Positions 61,280-64,000 of a stretch of 64,000 nt of DNA are shown piece by piece. Numbering within the stretch: position 1 is the stretch's first letter; the number at the start of each line of letters is the position of its first letter. The notes beneath the pieces are model-generated. The model did not search any database and was not told the origin of the DNA. It saw only the letters and a program-made list of their open reading frames with translations. Both the position numbers and the translations under genes were made by a program. The stretch lies in contig CAWFAD010000007.1 in the NCBI GenBank assembly GCA_963813815.1, positions 32,001-96,000 of the forward strand, written 5' to 3'. The stretch comes from an uncultured bacterium. GTDB lineage: Bacteria > Krumholzibacteriota > Krumholzibacteriia > Krumholzibacteriales > Krumholzibacteriaceae.

Positions 61280-62149
61280 GTGGCGGTTCGCAGGGCCGTT
61301 CTACCCCGGGTTCTCGCGTATCACAAGATCGCCTCGTTCGAGCTCGGCGGCACATGGATGCCCCTGCGGCGTTTCGCCGCCCAGATCGATTCGCTCCTCG
61401 CGGCCGGCCACCGCTTCGTCGGCGAGGAGGCGTTCCTCGAATCGCTCGAGGGTCGCCGGGAAGCGGCTTCGAACGAGATTCTCCTCACCTTCGACGACGG
61501 GTATCGCAACGTCCTCGAAGCCGCGGACGCGCTCGAGGCGCGGGGCGTCCCGGCTCTCGTCTTTCTCGTGAGCGCATACGCGGGGCTCCGGAACCGCTGG
61601 GAGCTCGATCTTCCGGGCAGGCGGTTCCGCCACCTCGCCTGGGACGAATGCGCCGCCCTCGCCCGGCGGGGGTTCGCCTTCGGCTCGCACACGCGCACGC
61701 ACCGCGACCTCACGCGGATTCCGATCGAGGAGGCGCGCGAGGAGATGCTGCGCTCGCGCGTCGAGATGGAGGACCGGCTCGGCGCGGCGGTGCGGAGCCT
61801 CTCGTACCCCTTCGGGCGGCTCGACGACGCGGTGCGCTCGGGGGCGGTCGAAGCGGGCTACCGGGCGGCGTTCACGCTCTATCCGCGGCGCGGACGCCCG
61901 GACGGCGACGCGTTCGAGCTGCGGCGCGAGGCCGTGTACGTGATCGATACGGCGGGGTGCGTGCGGCGCAAGCTCGGCTCGGGGCCGGGGGGGGCGGTCG
62001 AAGAGCTGAAGGGGAGAATGATCAACGCGGCGGCCGTTCTCACGCCGCTCGTCAAGGGCGCGCTCGCTCGAGCGAGTAGTTTTTCCCGCCGCGATCGAGG
62101 CGGTAGCTCCACCCGAGGGCCTTCGCGGAGGCGAGCGTCTTTTCGGTGA
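61280..62149 (+). CDS. Polysaccharide deacetylase family protein (start uncertain)
   Basis: LAYHKI, LTFDDGY, GSHTRTH, SYPFG. Confidence 0.88.
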   Translation: MAVRRAVLPRVLAYHKIASFELGGTWMPLRRFAAQIDSLLAAGHRFVGEEAFLESLEGRREAASNEILLTFDDGYRNVLEAADALEARGVPALVFLVSAYAGLRNRWELDLPGRRFRHLAWDECAALARRGFAFGSHTRTHRDLTRIPIEEAREEMLRSRVEMEDRLGAAVRSLSYPFGRLDDAVRSGAVEAGYRAAFTLYPRRGRPDGDAFELRREAVYVIDTAGCVRRKLGSGPGGAVEELKGRMINAAAVLTPLVKGALARASSFSRRDRGGSSTRGPSRRRASFR

Positions 62150-63200
62150 GAAGTCCCTTCTCGGCCAGCGACTCGAGGCTCGGCGGATAGACGCCCGTGA
62201 GCGCGAGGTGCTCCTCGAGCTCGTCGTGTATCGTCCGCTCGAGCAGACGCTCCTTGATCCCGGAGATGCCGGGGAAGATCACTCCGGCCCGGAGCGCCGA
62301 GCCAGCGGGCGCCGTTTGGCCCCGCAGGAAACCCCATCCGGGCGGCAGCAACCGGGGCACCGCCAGCTCGCCGAGCGCGAGCGAGAGCGCGAGCGCCCCC
62401 GCGGCGGCCAGGGCGACCGGCGCGCGGTAGGACGGGGCGCGATCGAAGCTCTTTTCCTCGCCCCTCGTTTCGGCCACGGGCTCCGGCTTTTCGACCGGCG
62501 TCACCTGCAGGAGCCCCTTCTCGAGAAGCTGTTTGAGGTACTCGAGCGCGCAGAAGCGGGCTATCCGCGCCTTCGGCACGAGCCCGCCGAGCGTCATCGA
62601 GGAGGCGAGCAGCTCGTAGATCTCCTCTTCCGTCTGATCGAGCTCGGGACGTTTCCCTTCGGCCGGGACGACTCGCTTGAGGATCGTGTCGTCGGAGGGA
62701 AACAGGCGCAGGAGCTCGGGATACTCGTCGATACGGCGCATGCTCTCCATGAGCAGCCCCTCGACTTTCATCCCGCCGAAGGTGCGCACCCCCTGGAGCG
62801 TCTGGCTGCCGATGATGAACTTGTACTCGCTCTTCGGCCAGGTGAGAATCTCCTGAATCGACTCCTGAATCTGCTCGGCGAAGAGCTCGCGCAGCTCGTC
62901 CTCCGAGAATTTCTTCTCCGAGAGGAGAATGTCGGTGAGGTCCAACTTCGTCTCTTCCTGGATGCGGTCGAGCCTCGTCATCTCCTCGCCGCTGAGAAGG
63001 CCGTAGCGGACGATGTATTCCCGGAGCGGATCGGGCGCTATTCTCCGGCGATCGCGCATCGAGACGATGAGCCCTTCGCTGAAGTAGATCACGATCGTCT
63101 TCTCGCCGTCGATCGCCAGCATTCCCGTCTTTTTCTGGAGCGCGACGAGCTGCAAGATCTCGCTCAGGCCGAAGTCCTTTACGTTTCCCTCTAGCGCCAT
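62052..63200 (-). CDS. DUF4388-domain single-pass membrane protein
   Basis: MALEGNVKDFGLSEILQL....KKTG.L, W...E..F, LLME..RR.DE; TM segment; C-terminal YPPSLESL.E.GLL. Confidence 0.8.
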   Translation of the reverse strand: MALEGNVKDFGLSEILQLVALQKKTGMLAIDGEKTIVIYFSEGLIVSMRDRRRIAPDPLREYIVRYGLLSGEEMTRLDRIQEETKLDLTDILLSEKKFSEDELRELFAEQIQESIQEILTWPKSEYKFIIGSQTLQGVRTFGGMKVEGLLMESMRRIDEYPELLRLFPSDDTILKRVVPAEGKRPELDQTEEEIYELLASSMTLGGLVPKARIARFCALEYLKQLLEKGLLQVTPVEKPEPVAETRGEEKSFDRAPSYRAPVALAAAGALALSLALGELAVPRLLPPGWGFLRGQTAPAGSALRAGVIFPGISGIKERLLERTIHDELEEHLALTGVYPPSLESLAEKGLLTEKTLASAKALGWSYRLDRGGKNYSLERARP

Positions 63201-64000
63201 GACGACCCTTTCTTGATCTCGGCGAGAAAATCATCGGTCGCGACGGCCGGACCGGGCCGGCTCGGCGCGGCGGCCTTCGGCGCGGCGGCGGGGCCCTTCG
63301 CCGGGTCGCCCGCGGCGCCGCGCCGCGGCGGGGCGGGCGGCGGGTCGACGCCCCACATCGCCTCGGGCGGCGGGGCTTTTCTCGGGGGCTCGGCCGTTCT
63401 CGGCGGCGGCGCGGGGGGCTCGACGGGCTGCCTCTTGCGCGCGGGCGACGCCGAATCGGGAGAGAGCCAGAGACCGGAATGGTCTTCCCTTTTCGCCTGC
63501 GCCGGCTCGCGCTCCTGCGAGCGGGTTTCCGGGGAGAAGATGTGGTAGCTCCGCGACTCCGCCGGGCTCTTCGCGAACAGCGCGAGCGCGTACGCTCCCG
63601 CCAGCATCGCCGCGGGAAGAATCGTTTCCCACGCGGCTCCCCCGGTGTTCGTCGTGAGCGGATCCTTGAAGCACAGGCCGCGCCAGTAGAGCGCCCCAGT
63701 TGCGGCGGAGGCGGCGAAGGCGATGAGAAAACCGGCGAACGTTTTCCCGTGATACGCATGGGCCATGCCGGGGAGGAGGGCCGTGCGCCAGCGGCGCGCG
63801 CTGACGCGCGCGTCGGCCACCTTCTGGCGCCGCGATCTCAGCAGCACCTCCATGACCTTGGCGCTCGCGATCCCCTGGACGGCCTTGCAGCATTCCTTGC
63901 AGAGCGTGATATCGTGTATCGTTTCTCGGCAGCGCGAACACGACGGCAGACCGCAGTTGTCGCACCGCTCGACGCGCCGGTCCTTCGGGATTCTGCGCGC
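63191..64000 (-). CDS. Partial membrane protein with a Cys-rich module and Pro-rich tail (5' end outside the window)
   Basis: Frame is open to 64000: CDNCGLPSCSRC-x9-CKEC, LLPG.AH...G, TM segments; 3' end overlaps the DUF4388 start. Confidence 0.7.
   Translation of the reverse strand, partial: ARRIPKDRRVERCDNCGLPSCSRCRETIHDITLCKECCKAVQGIASAKVMEVLLRSRRQKVADARVSARRWRTALLPGMAHAYHGKTFAGFLIAFAASAATGALYWRGLCFKDPLTTNTGGAAWETILPAAMLAGAYALALFAKSPAESRSYHIFSPETRSQEREPAQAKREDHSGLWLSPDSASPARKRQPVEPPAPPPRTAEPPRKAPPPEAMWGVDPPPAPPRRGAAGDPAKGPAAAPKAAAPSRPGPAVATDDFLAEIKKGSSWR

Overview
A high-GC, densely coding chromosomal window of mostly housekeeping genes from a diderm bacterium. SprA, GWxTD and a lipoprotein-like LptC suggest an FCB-superphylum lineage outside Bacteroidota (inference). 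Gene order on +: htrA, purB-purL-purQ-(tandem PurS-like)-purF, radical SAM/DUF2344 fusion, rne/rng, DUF2975-XRE cassette, rplU-rpmA, MBL hydrolase, two-subunit class I fumarase, kdsB-pyrG-kdsA-kdsD, lpxL-like-lptC-lptB-rpoN-lipA-hpf-hprK, mannose-family PTS IIA/B/C/D-HPr-EI, PGI/PMI, nucleotidyltransferase, metK-ahcY. Then lptF-lptG-GWxTD on -, divergent from a 2153-aa SprA (T9SS translocon)-like gene plus a glutaminyl-cyclase-like M28 lipoprotein on +. Then rimP-nusA-infB-DUF503-rbfA-DHH-truB-ribF-rpsO-pnp-M16-dut-deacetylase, and a convergent DUF4388/Cys-rich membrane pair on -. No tRNA, rRNA, CRISPR array or mobile element was recognised. purL and purF each carry a 1-base frameshift in a G run, probably sequencing errors. 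Best candidate for an undescribed system: the envelope locus lptFG-GWxTD <-> sprA-QC. Also notable: a sigma54 site plus 20-bp-period repeats upstream of the operon containing rpoN, a PTS with an intact phosphorelay but degenerate IIC/IID, a histone-H1-like tail on fumarase, and a single-chain PurS dimer. All family calls come from motif recognition, not database searches.
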